A stretch of 63,174 bases of DNA, the filler included, from Sluysia triapertura (taxonomy: Eukaryota): the NCBI GenBank assembly GCA_046118255.1. It is 5 parts of 5 records of this genome, joined end to end, with 100 filler letters (N's around TTAATTAATTAA, not from the genome) between each part and the next. Parts side by side here need not be neighbours in the genome. Positions count along the whole stretch, not along the records: positions 25,632 to 37,630 come from JBJNIA010148942.1; 4 more parts are not named here. The stretch is one strand, 5' to 3'. Below, piece by piece: positions 25,632 through 37,730 of this stretch. A program made the translations under genes and the position numbers. Under the pieces are notes generated by a model. That model was not told where the DNA came from. It made no database searches and saw only the letters and a list, made by a program, of their open reading frames with translations. Position 1 is the stretch's first letter, and each line of letters begins with the position of its first letter.

Positions 25632-27605
25632 TATATTTCTGTCAATAAATGCATCAATTATTTTTTTCGTACTTCATTGGAAAATAAGTTTAAAAAATGA
25701 GTTTAACGATTCAAAAATTGATAGCTTAGTGTTTGATATGATCAATATGCAAGTAAACTTGGAAAGGATAAAGCTTCAAAAGCTTATAATCTGGCAAAAA
25801 TTATTCCCTTAATTCTGTTGAAAAGAAAATGATTTTCCAGTTTATGATCAAAATGATTATGATGACGAAGAATTTATAGAAAAGATTAAGAATACTGATG
25901 AGAGGATTAACTTGGTCAAAGCGAGTCTTGTCCGAATGAATTGTCTGAACAATAGAATCAAGAAGAGGTCGCCCGTCTGGAAGTAACAAGTTATGTCAAA
26001 AAACAGAGCAATATATGCCTAAAAACAATTTAGAAGGCGTTATTGCTATCCAAGAATTTAAAAACGTTTGGAACATTACTGACTTTTTTGGTTAGGGAAA
26101 AAATAAATACTATAGCATATTTTTGTTTTGTGAATAAATGTTTATTAGATTGTTCGTTATTTTTTTAACGAATATGGAAAAAAAGTTGGCTTTCGTTACA
26201 TGGAAGTCTTACTGTATCACTTACAAATTTATAAACTCATTAACTCATTCAAAATTACAATGCAACAGCAAAAACTATGATGGGATTATATTTGAAATTA
26301 ATTTTTATAGTAATTCTAAATACTTGAAATACTTGAAAGTGCTAAAACCCAACAAAATAATAACAAAGTATAGCAACTAAATTTCTTTTTATTTAAAATC
26401 AAAACTTCAAAATCAAAGTTTAAAAAAAGAACTAAATAATAATAAAAATGATAAAATAAATATCGGAACAAGTATAAATGAGAATTAAATTATGATAGCA
26501 AATATGAAACGAATAGGAAGGACTGCTTTCCCAAAGGAAATTTAACCAAAAAAATAAAAATAAAACTAGTGAGGGAAATTTTCTCTTAGCTAAAAATTAA
26601 TTAATAATTTATTATTTCAAAAAGAGTCGTATCTTCTAACACAATTTAAATAATAAGGTGAAAGAAAATATTACTTCCCAAAAATTTGAATAAATAAATT
26701 AAACGAGATATTCATCAAAATTAAATTTTAACTTATTAATAAATTGACATAATGATTCCCAAAAATCAACTTTCGAATTGACAATAAAATAATTTGGATA
26801 AAGTGTCCCACCAAAATTAAATCTTATCTTAAAAGTAAATTGGGCAGAAAGCCCTTAACTTAAAAATTTATTTAAGTTTTTTAAATATGCATGTCATCAG
26901 TTAACTGTTGAAAATTGTGCAAAGCTTTTTTATGTGAAGCTTATCAAAACCTCATTCGCACTTACTGCTTTGAGAATCATCATAATAAAATTAGTTGCAA
27001 ATAAAAATTGCAAATAATTTTTTATATTTAGATGAAATTGTTCAATTTTTACCTGTACCTGATCGAAAAAACAGTTGAACACTATTTTAAAAATCTGACT
27101 AACATTTCAGCCATGAAAAACTTTACAAAATATTAATACAATTAAAGCATCATGAATTACCAATGAAACCATAAATGAAATCATATTATGTTTTACTTAA
27201 TCAACTAGAAATACCGAATGAGTACGTAATTATAAGAAAGTTTCGGTACTCATAGTATTCCGGATAATATAGGGAATTTTTCACACAAAACACTATATTC
27301 TTGAATATATTCTTATTCTTACATTGTTTTAATATATTGCATAAAATGTAATTGAGAATTAAATTTATGATTATAAAAAGTATGTAGAAATATAATACAT
27401 AATATGTATTATTATTAATAACGTTTTAGACAAATTAAATAATCTTTTATTTTATTTTTATCATCAATTAATATTTATCTTATATAATAAATTATGTATT
27501 AAATTCATGATTAATAAATAATGAAACATAAGCAAATAGAATTAATTGCTCTTTAATTATTTTTGAAATTTTATATTAAAAACATTCCTTTTAATTTGAA
27601 GAATT

Positions 27606-29408
27606 ATGTCAAAAAGTATTTCATCAAAACGTATAAAATTAGAGCATAATTTACATGATAATAAGCGATATCAAAAATATGAAGAATTTGTGTCAGATTT
27701 TAATAAATTATCAAAATCTCAAAAATTTTCTGAAGTTAAAAGTTTTATTTTATTTGGTATTTCTCTATATCCAAATAGTTTTGATATGAAAGTAATTATT
27801 TTTTTAATATAATAAATTTAATAGTTTACGGCATATAAATATGTTAAGGATAATAAAGATTATAAAATGGCTGCTAGTTTGTTGAACGAAATGTAAGTTG
27901 TTGATTCATTAATGATGAATATTTTATGGTAGGTATACAAAATTTCCAAATGATTTGTATGATGAATTGATAGAAATATTGGAAGATGTTAAAAATGGTG
28001 AAGTTTCGTCAAATAAAGGTTAGTTATTATTATATCGTAAAATAATTTTATTCCAGAAATATTTTATTGCTTGGACGCTCAAGTTCAGTATGATATCATT
28101 GTAAAATTTTCTCAGTCGTTATGCTCAACATACGATCAAATTATTTTATTGCTTGAAATTATTAAGTTTATGTCAAAAAATACAAAAACATCAAATAATG
28201 CATCAAGTAGTAGTTCTATTGGAAGTCAGTATTATCAATTATTAGCTTCTGAAATTAAACATTTACTAAATTTAATATTAACAACAGAAGAAGACTGGCA
28301 AAAAAATTGGGTATTAAAAGCTAAAAATGATTCAGAAATACAAAATTCACCCATGAGATTCGTTGACTTAACATTAAATTATTATCGATATTTATTAGCT
28401 ACAGAAATTTTACCATTAGTACATGGTACTTCAAAAGGAGTAGTTGAATTAATTGATAAACGTTTGTTGACAGACATGGTAATGAATTCAATTCAATTTT
28501 ATTTAGCATATGTTGGTTTTATTCCAGATTACCCAAACGAAATGAAGCTAAATGCTGATAACTTTTCTATTGTAACCATACATGGTAAAAAGTTACTTTT
28601 AACTGCTAAAGTTTTGAATTATTTACATTAATATTAAAAATTTTACATAAAAGTTTAATTTTATTTTTAGGTATTGATCCCGGTTCTTCAGTAAGTTCTC
28701 TAGATAATTTGATTAAAGATGATGTGTGGCATAAATTAAGACGGATTTTATCCATGGCTGGAGATATGTTGAAATGGTATGGTTGTTTTGCTTCAGCTGG
28801 TGTTGGTAATCTCTTATCTAACCGAAATAATCGTTAAATTTTTATTTAATTATACCTTAATATTTATAGCTGCCCAAAGTTCCAGTGGTCATTATAATTA
28901 TTATCAGCATTATCATTATAATCACCATCAATTACCGAATGGTGGATTGCCCCTTCCGATTGTCTATGAATCTTTATCTACTACAACATATTGCAGACAA
29001 GTTTGTAAAAGATTTTGATAAAATGAATCAATATTGTAAATATTATTCGTGCTTTTATGGGTTTTTTGTATTCAGGTACAAGCATTGTTAGATTACGCTT
29101 CAACAACTACGCTAAATCGACAAATGGTACTACTACAACAAATAGGATGCGTTGTTTGGGTTGGATTAGCTCAATTAATTATGGAATATTTGCGATTATC
29201 AAAGCCTTACTTATGGTATGGTGGCGATAAAATAGAAAAAAAATATGCTAATGCTGTGTTTATGTTTTGTCGTGGCGAAACAGATTGTAAATTGGTAAAT
29301 TATAAAAAAAATAGCAAACGAATGTGTCAGATATATGAAGCATTTTCAATAGCAATTAAACTTTATGCGGCTGTACCAATAAAAGAATGGGACAAAATAA
29401 GTGAGAAG
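27606..29408 (+). CDS. INTS10: Integrator complex subunit 10, 5' exons: 27606-27791, 27825-27892, 27933-28018, 28057-28584, 28671-28805, 28870-29000, 29076-29408; 3' end unresolved
   Basis: The spliced product FSEVKSFILFGISLYPNSFDMKFTAYKYVKDNKDYKMAASLLNEMYTKFPND...EIFYCLDAQVQYDII...NYYRYLLATEILPLV...WHKLRRILSMAGDMLKW parallels the animal INTS10 N-terminus as recalled (SLYPxxF, A+LL+M+xFP, FRKLFVCDVLPL). GT-AG introns of 33, 40, 38, 86, 64 and 75 nt keep the frame. Confidence 0.8.
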
Positions 29409-31034
29409 GTATGATTTAATATTGAACTTAAATTATGTTGTATTAATTTGAGTCATAAATTGCGTTTATTGAATAAAAAGTCGAAACAAATCTATTTAAT
29501 TCTGCAACTTTACGAAGTATGAATTGAAGTTAATAGTTCACAGAATAGACAATAATTTAAGTTTTGACTCAAGAATAATTTCGTAGTTCCATGAAACACG
29601 GCCATAAGCTTTTTATCCAAACTTTTCATCTTTACTGTCGATTTGGATTTTCGCTTAATCAAGCATGAGATATAATGTATAAAATGAAATAAGCTAATTT
29701 AACTTAGCTACCAAATTTGTTTATATACTTAAAGTGAAATATTTAAAACTGTCAGTGGGCTTTCTTATAGGCTTTTTTAAATCAATTGAACTTAGGCTAA
29801 GCGTTTTATTTGTTTTACGTAATAAATTTGGAGGATTATTGATTATGGCTGTATTTGAAAAACTTAATTGTGATATTAAAATTTTAAATTATTTTCTTTT
29901 CCATTGCGCTATTACTTTTTTAATTTTTGATGAACGCTTACTTTTTTCGTCACAATTTTTCCAAGTATTAACAGTAATTAAATACAATCGAAATTAATAT
30001 TTCAACCATTATTTGAAAAATATGCGACTTCTTACAGTATAGCATAATAGCTAATAAAAATTTGTTAAATAAACATTATTTATCAATATGTTAACTTTTA
30101 ATAACAATTTTATGTGGTGTCCTAAAATACAATATACAATTTGTATTTTACGTGGGCATTTTATTTTTTGCATAAATTCACTATTTTTCACAGCTAAAAT
30201 AAATGGAATTCTTTTGTTACGAAATCTAAAGTAGTCGTTTAGTAGTTCACAGTAATCTTGTTTCATCATGTTCTTTGTTTCAGAATAAACTCAAACGACA
30301 AATACCTCCAGTAATGGTTTAAACTTTTCCAATATGGTTTAAATTGATATCAATAATGAATTTTATGTTTTTATATGTACAACTTTGAATGTTACGTAAT
30401 AAAATAATAATGAAACAAATTGGTTATTAAAAATACTGCTAGTTAATAAAGTAATAATGCAATAAAGATAAATTTTTTTACATTATTTACATTTTAGTAT
30501 GTTAACTTTTAAGTTTAAATTAGATTAATATAATATCATATTTACTAAATTATTACAAATTACGAATACCGCAATAGAATTTCGCTGGAAAAATCTTTAT
30601 TTTGTGTATTTTCTAGTGATATACAAATTTCAATTATGTGATTGAGAATCGGTTAAGTCATGTGATAATTTTTAAAGTTTATTTACTCGTTTACTTATTG
30701 AATATAACTAATGTATAACTACTGATTATGGAATCTCAAGATTGGCAGCTCAAGCCCATATTGGCGCCACAACAAATGATTTACGCCTAGGCTCAGATCT
30801 TCACTGCGAAACTTTGATACTAATTTTGAACAGTATGTATTTTTATAGGGTCACTACTTTTGTACCTTTGGTTTCTTCATGGTGGCCAAAATTTTTTGGA
30901 ATTTAATGTTGTATATTTAATTTAACATATACAGAAACTAATGTGTTAAAAATAAGGATTTACTATTTATACCGAAATATTTTGTGTAAATTATTTTATG
31001 TATCACTAATATCCAGCAAAATAAACTCATACAC

Positions 31035-31102
<68 letters not shown>
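31035..31102. repeat. (AAT)n microsatellite
   Basis: About 22 perfect units. Confidence 0.95.
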
Positions 31103-31103
<1 letters not shown>

Positions 31104-31945
31104 GCCACTTTACAAAAATTGAACGAAATTTAAATTAAAATATATTAAGTAATGATAAACTATTTTTAGTTTGGTCTTTATAGATATTAAATTATCATTT
31201 AATTGCTTGTTCATTTTACTATTAATTCTCTGAATTTTTTTTGTTTCAAATCCCATTGATTTTAGAAATAATTAGTATCCTCCTTGACACAAGAGCACAA
31301 ACTGCAAATTATCAAATGGTGTCTGGAACATAAGACTGCCGCAGTTTGTCTTCATTCTTTAATGGAATCTGAGACAACATCAGTACTATAGGACGAATGG
31401 TTTCGAATCCTAACTTTCTACCTTCGTCTGAGGTAAATCCTCATCATAAAATATTGCAATTTGATAATTATAAATTAATTTTTAATGCTAAAGTTTTAAT
31501 TGAATTAAACAAGTATTTAAAAATTGAAAAAAATTTAAAACAAAAATACTAATAATAAAACTATAAAGCCTTTTCATAATATTTCTAATTGATATGTTTA
31601 TTCGGTTGAGATAATATAAAAATTGTACTGTACATGATAAATAATTTGTGTGTAATATTATATTCACTTAAATCTCAAACATATAACAATTCTTACAACC
31701 TCTCACTCAACAGCTTCCGTATATTTCTATAGATTCTATATCATTTTATGTTTTGCACATCGTTTCTAATATTTTTTTACAAAGCTAAATATAAAAACAA
31801 GTATTATGAATTTTAACTTAAAAAGAGCTTAAGAAAAATCATTTAACAAAATAAGTTTAAATTAGAAAGAACTTTATCTTCATTTTAAACATCGCATAAG
31901 TTTGAGATTTTAGGATTTTTTTTAATCAAATCAAATAAAAATAAA

Positions 31946-31946
<1 letters not shown>

Positions 31947-32023
<77 letters not shown>

Positions 32024-32024
32024 A
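31947..32024. repeat. Compound (AAT)n-(AAAT)n microsatellite
   Basis: Read directly from the sequence. Confidence 0.95.
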
Positions 32025-33621
32025 ATTCTAATGAACAAAATAATGTCATTTTATTCTACATCATCTTCATTAATGTCATTAATGATATCAGAAATTATAC
32101 TTATGCAAGTATATCTGTTTTAATTTACCACTTACAAAATAGTTTTGTAAGTGGCGGAGACGCTCTTGTAGGGTTTTAAAAAAATGGTTACGATTAGTAA
32201 AAAGTCTTGTTTATCCTTTGTAGGTATATTTCCTTTTCGCTCTAAATGCATATTTTTGTCTTTAAGCTGAACCAATAACAATGCTTTAATGTAACTCTTT
32301 CCTATTTAATGACTTTTCTTATGTTTTTGTTAGATTTATAATAAAATGAATAATATATTCAAAACTTAATTAAGTAAAATTCAATATGTTTAATAATCAA
32401 ATGTCTCTCTGGATACTTTCTATGTCAATAAATTAATATACTCTTACAAAAAAAATTAAACAATTAGATTTTCGATACAAATTCTGTAAAACGTTAATAT
32501 TCCTCAATATTTTAAAGTGAATATCAGTAACGACTTAAACTCTTTATTGTCTTGCTATTTAATTTGCTGTGGTTTTTATTAAAATTTACGTCGAAACCTA
32601 CGGCAAAATAGAAAAACGAGCAGAGTTCGGTTGCAGTAAGAGTCTTACGTTGTCAAGAAGGCACTTCTGCAACAAAATAAGTTAAACGAATCAAAATCAA
32701 TGGAACTTTTAATTTTATAGTAAGAGGATCAACTAATTCTTAGATGAATTCACTAAAAGCTCAAAATTTTATTTTAAAAACAAAATTTTACAATTTGAAT
32801 GGGTAAGTTATATAATAAGAAATAATAAGAATAGAAACAAGTTGTCTGATTTTAATATTAAAACTTATGAAAATATTTAATATCTTCAATTAATAATTTA
32901 CCTGTATTTTGCCCCTCACTATATCGGGGAACCTTAAGAATAAAGTTATTCAAAATTGATTTTGAGTTGATTATAAGATATTAATTTCCTTAAATGAAAT
33001 TAATAACAAGCCAAAAAAAAACAAATTACTTGAATCATGGAATAATTTGTGGAAATCCAAAGATAATATTGCCGCGAATTAAATCATCCAACTGATGGCT
33101 CAACCAATTTGAAAATAACTGAATTTGAAATTAGCAAATTTATAAATGGCTGTTTTGCAAATGACGATTTATTCTACAATTTCTTACTTCAGTTTCTTGG
33201 CATTGATTTTCTATGCTTATGTAAAGTCCTAAGTGCTATTTCTCAACGAATTATAGTATTGTGGAAATATCAGTGACTTATAGCTCACAGAAAGTGTGTT
33301 ATAATTATATCAAATTGTCTAACTTTAAAGAACTTTCCTTTTAACGATTCGGCCACTTTTTATATTTATAATCCTAATTGCTTATAATTTCTCTCGTAAC
33401 ATCTCACGATGCTTAACCATGAATTTAAAATTTTAATGGGAGACAATAATGATAACTAACTGGCTTTATGTTTACAATAGAAAATGCTTCAAATAACAAT
33501 TCAATATACAAGTATAAATTATAATTATAAATTATAATAATAATTTATTATAAATTATTATTATAATAAATGTAACTTTAATAAATATAGAAATAAAATT
33601 TTTAATGCAGCAATTAATATT

Positions 33622-34126
33622 TTAAACCTTTCTCTGCCGCTGGGACAAATTGGTCCCACTCGTATTTATGCAAGTTTCTCAGGCTTAAGTAGGTCATGTT
33701 ACATATTGTTTTAGAGGATTAAATAAGGATAATGTTTTGCATAATCGTTGCTGTTTTTAAAGTGTATGCATAAAGTTATTTCAATAATGTACCACCTTTT
33801 TGTGAGAAAAATATCTGAATCAAATAAAATAAGTGAAAATATTATGCAGTCTAAAGTTATTATTAATTTTGTTAGAAGATGGCCGATTGCTTTAGAACAT
33901 TCCACACTGTATTACACTTTGATAGAGAATACTAAATTTAGCAATCTTTACATTTTATGCTATTTTATTGAAAATTCATGAAAACTTATACATTTTCTAT
34001 TAATTTTGAAATTAACACTAACGCAAGTGGCGCCAGCTTTTTAATGACTTTTCTCACATATATTTCATATAATCTCAAATAAATTTATGTTCGCAAAAAT
34101 GCGCTCACCGGCGGTTAAAGGGTTAA
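33622..34126. mobile_element. ~500-bp non-autonomous piggyBac-type element
   Basis: TTAA-ACCTTTCTCTGCCGCTGGG ... CTCACCGGCGGTTAAAGGG-TTAA; 13 of 19 TIR positions match. The right end is the canonical ..AAAGGG-TTAA. Confidence 0.55.
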
Positions 34127-35532
34127 ATGGATTTTAAAACTAGATTATCCTAGTTTGAAAAATAATGATAGTTTACGTAGATTTTAAGTCTTAGCTTGTC
34201 TAAGACGAAAACTTAATGTATAAAACTTACAACTACAATGGAACTTGCAGTATAAATTTTGGTGCACAAAATAATTCAATTATCTAAATTTTACTAATAT
34301 ATTTTGTCAAAAAAGTATTAGAATAAATTGACATTTAATTTAATTTTTGTAGTTCACATTATTAGCATGGTGGTTTAAAATCAGGCTCATAATTTTATTA
34401 TTTAGTTCCTCATATAAAAATTTTATTGTTCGTGTTTATTTAAAAATTTTACCGAACAATTATGATTAACTTACTGGGTCCGCCTATAATCTAAGATTTA
34501 TATCTCTCGGAAGTGTCGAATGCTGCGAAAAGATTCCTTACAGTTAAAGAGATTATTAAATATTCACTAATGTCAGATGGTCGTTTATTAATACTTCAAT
34601 TAATCTATTAATTCTTCAACGATTTTTTACTAGGGTCGAATAAACACTGTAGAGTAACCCTATAGATAATATTCAGAGGGTCTACTTCCTATTCTATTCT
34701 ATCACAACAAATTTAAACAACTTTAAGAAATCGAAAAAATAAGTTAAATGTAACCTCAATATATTTTCTGTTTAACAATATACAAATAATGATACACAAA
34801 ATCAAATATTACAATATAATTAATATAATAAGGATTTCGGGTCCTTATGTTAACAAAAATTTATTTTAATAGATATATTGACCAAGGAGAATGCTTGGGT
34901 TTAAAAAATCAAATAGATTTTAAGTATTAAATTGACAAAAATATTATTGTGAAATCTTAAAGGAAATAAGCTTACTAATTCGAGGACAACATTCAAAAAA
35001 CTGGAAATCCAATGAAATCCCTTCCAATTGATATTAATGTGATTCCAATTCAATTAAATCAAATCTCCAAAATTACAAATGATATTGCGCCAAAGATTTA
35101 CAACAATTGTGTTACGAAGATTTAATTTTTCACTATTAAGCATTAGTAAGAAGCTTATTTCCTTTTATACTTATTTAAAGTTGATAAAATTATTTAATTT
35201 ATGCCGAATATCAAAATAATTATTTAGTCGACAATTTTTTATCTAATTATCATAATTTTTTTAATCTATTCTGATATATAATTGCATGAATAATTAAATT
35301 TCTTGTATTTACGTTATAATAAATTAAATTTATATTATAAACTATTATATTATAATTATAATAAAATACATAAATTAAACAGCTCTTAAAAATATTCTTT
35401 GAAAAATCATATTAACATTACTTCCCCGTCAGGGGAGATTCATCCCGAATCACAAAAACATAAAATAGAAACAGTCACAAGCCAGGCATTCGATGCCAAA
35501 GAATATAACGACCGCGTAAATACAATGAAATG

Positions 35533-36220
35533 TTAATCGTCTAAGTCCACATTATAACTGTCATGCAGGGATGATGGATGAGCCGAGCCGTTCGGAGAAG
35601 AAAATGAAACATTCCGCCGCTTCTGGGAGTAAGCATTACGCGTACGGGTTTGATCTGACATGGAATACGCAGAATCTGCCTGACGAAGTGATGATTCTTG
35701 CATGATGGAGGACGTTCCCAAAGTGGGTATAACCAATTTCGCAGAACTCGTAGGTGTTGATGATGGCGGCAACGCTGAAATTGATGTAGACTGCAGTGGT
35801 GTGACTGACGTTGAAGTTGATGATGTAACCTAGTGTGGAGGTTGATGGTGTCATGAAAACGTTACCAGAAAGAGAAGGCATAGAAAAAAGAGGAGGTGGT
35901 GAACACTTAGAAATAAAAGAAGGGTCCCTTTCTCGGATTAAATCTAACAAAGAAACCAGTTCGGAAGACATTCGAGAACAGGTCATACGCGGCGGCACAA
36001 GATAAAGAGGCCGAAAAGTTTGTCGCGCTTGTAAAATCGCGTTATAAGTTGTGTATGACAGGAGATTTTGATTTGACAAGTTGATAAGTCCTTTTAACCA
36101 TCCAAAAGGTAAGGCAAGACTTTTAAAGATAAAACATGGATTAAGAGACACCATGATTTTATCGTGCAAATGTCCCAACATGAAAGGACGAATGTTGTCG
36201 ATATCCTTTGCCTCCGATAT
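35533..36220 (-). CDS. Unknown intronless-looking ORF in a GC-rich island, with one apparent frameshift near 35830 and an S/T/P-rich tail
   Basis: ORF 36181-35636 (181 aa) continues in a second frame (VTSSTSTSVTPLQSTSISALPPSSTPTSS...DLDD*). GC is visibly far above background. Confidence 0.5.
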
Positions 36221-36634
36221 TTAAAATTTTTAAAGTTATAAAGTTTACACAACAAATTAAGCTCATAGCAAAGAAATAAATGCCATATGTCATCAATTGT
36301 ATACTCTATATCGAAGCCGGATATGTCGTATAAAGTTACTATAATTATTGTAGAGTTAGAATATTATGACGAAATTCGCAACATGACGTCAGCCTGTAGT
36401 GCTCAACTTACTCACGAAGATCTAACAAACCAAATCACAAATATTCGATACACAATACAGCTTTACCACATCTTTCACACAGGCCAACACCTAAAATATA
36501 ATATACTTTAAACATATTATGTACTTTAAATATATCGTATTAATACACCTTATCTAAAATATAACGTAATACATTTAAATTACAATAATTTATCGCATAG
36601 CACTATTTTAATCCACCGAGATCGCCTCTTCCAA

Positions 36635-37141
36635 ATGTATCAACATTCCGTGAATTTTCACACCCTTCTTTTTATTATTTTTATTATTATTAACGTTATA
36701 TTGTTTTATTCTGATATTTTATCTAATTCTGCTCATGTTTTGAACTATATGAATTATTCGAATCCAATTGTGGAGTTGGTTAACGATTGGGAAAAATCTC
36801 ATTGTATGGAAATGGTTTTACAAAGCAAAAGTAAAAAGCACCAAGAATTATGGAATAATATTTCCAAAGAAGTTCTAGAAATGTGTAATGGTGTTGAATT
36901 AACTAGTTGTAACGAACCTATACCTTTTGTTTTAAAACATCTTAATGGTTTTATTGAATTATTTTTAAAAAATTTATGTCTGGAACAGCAAGTGCTATCT
37001 ATTTTAATGTTTTAAAAGTTTAATAGCAAATTTTGACAATAGAATATAAATGTGATTATATCGTCAACGACAGTAATATTACGTTTCCAAAACATGGGTA
37101 AATCTTTGGAAACAGAGCTATGTAAAAAAGATATCAAGTGA
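36635..37141 (+). CDS. Hypothetical spliced gene or exons of unknown function
   Basis: A 126-aa ORF with an N-terminal hydrophobic stretch. A 36-nt GT-AG intron (36991-37026) continues the frame into QILTIEYKCDYIVNDSNITFPKH. Confidence 0.4.
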
Positions 37142-37630
37142 AATTTTCAATGTGAATTTTTTTTTAATCAGTACAATTTTGACAAGTTATTAAAAATATA
37201 TTTAACACGAAATAACAGTTACATTGAGGAATATTTGTAAGTGAAAAAGTGCATACCAAACCAAATATCAAATATGAATTTAAATGAATACAGAAGATTA
37301 TATTATAATACATAGGATAATAGAAATTGTTTATTTTTGAATAATATGTTCTTATTAATTATTTACTTGCCAATTTGTAAAATATATTCGCTCGACGTGT
37401 AAAGTTGATCTGTGTTGTCTGTGGTAATTTTATTACCACTCACATACGTCAATTCATACAAAATTCATGCGTAAAACATACTCTACATATCATAGTGTTG
37501 GGATTGCCCAACTTTGGATTAGGAGACGAGTAGAAGACATAGAATTATAAATAAAGGAAAAATTGATGAGAAGTAGCAGATGAAGTATTATAAACACTGT
37601 TGAAATAAGAATCATGAAAGAGAAAACATT

Positions 37631-37730
37631 NNNNNNNNNNNNNNNNNNNNNNNNNNNNNNNNNNNNNNNNNNNNTTAATTAATTAANNNNNNNNNNNNNN
37701 NNNNNNNNNNNNNNNNNNNNNNNNNNNNNN
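37631..37730. other. Artificial contig spacer
   Basis: Identical 44N-TTAATTAATTAA-44N. Confidence 0.97.

Noticed and set aside
16311-29408. Acinus and INTS10 as an RNA-processing gene cluster
   Set aside because: They are separated by an artificial spacer at 25532-25631.
30712-30906. Open frame containing TDYGISR (kinase DYG-like)
   Set aside because: No other kinase motifs or convincing splice sites.
31262-31440. GC-richer patch as a possible INTS10 exon
   Set aside because: Stops in all three frames between the candidate acceptor and donor.
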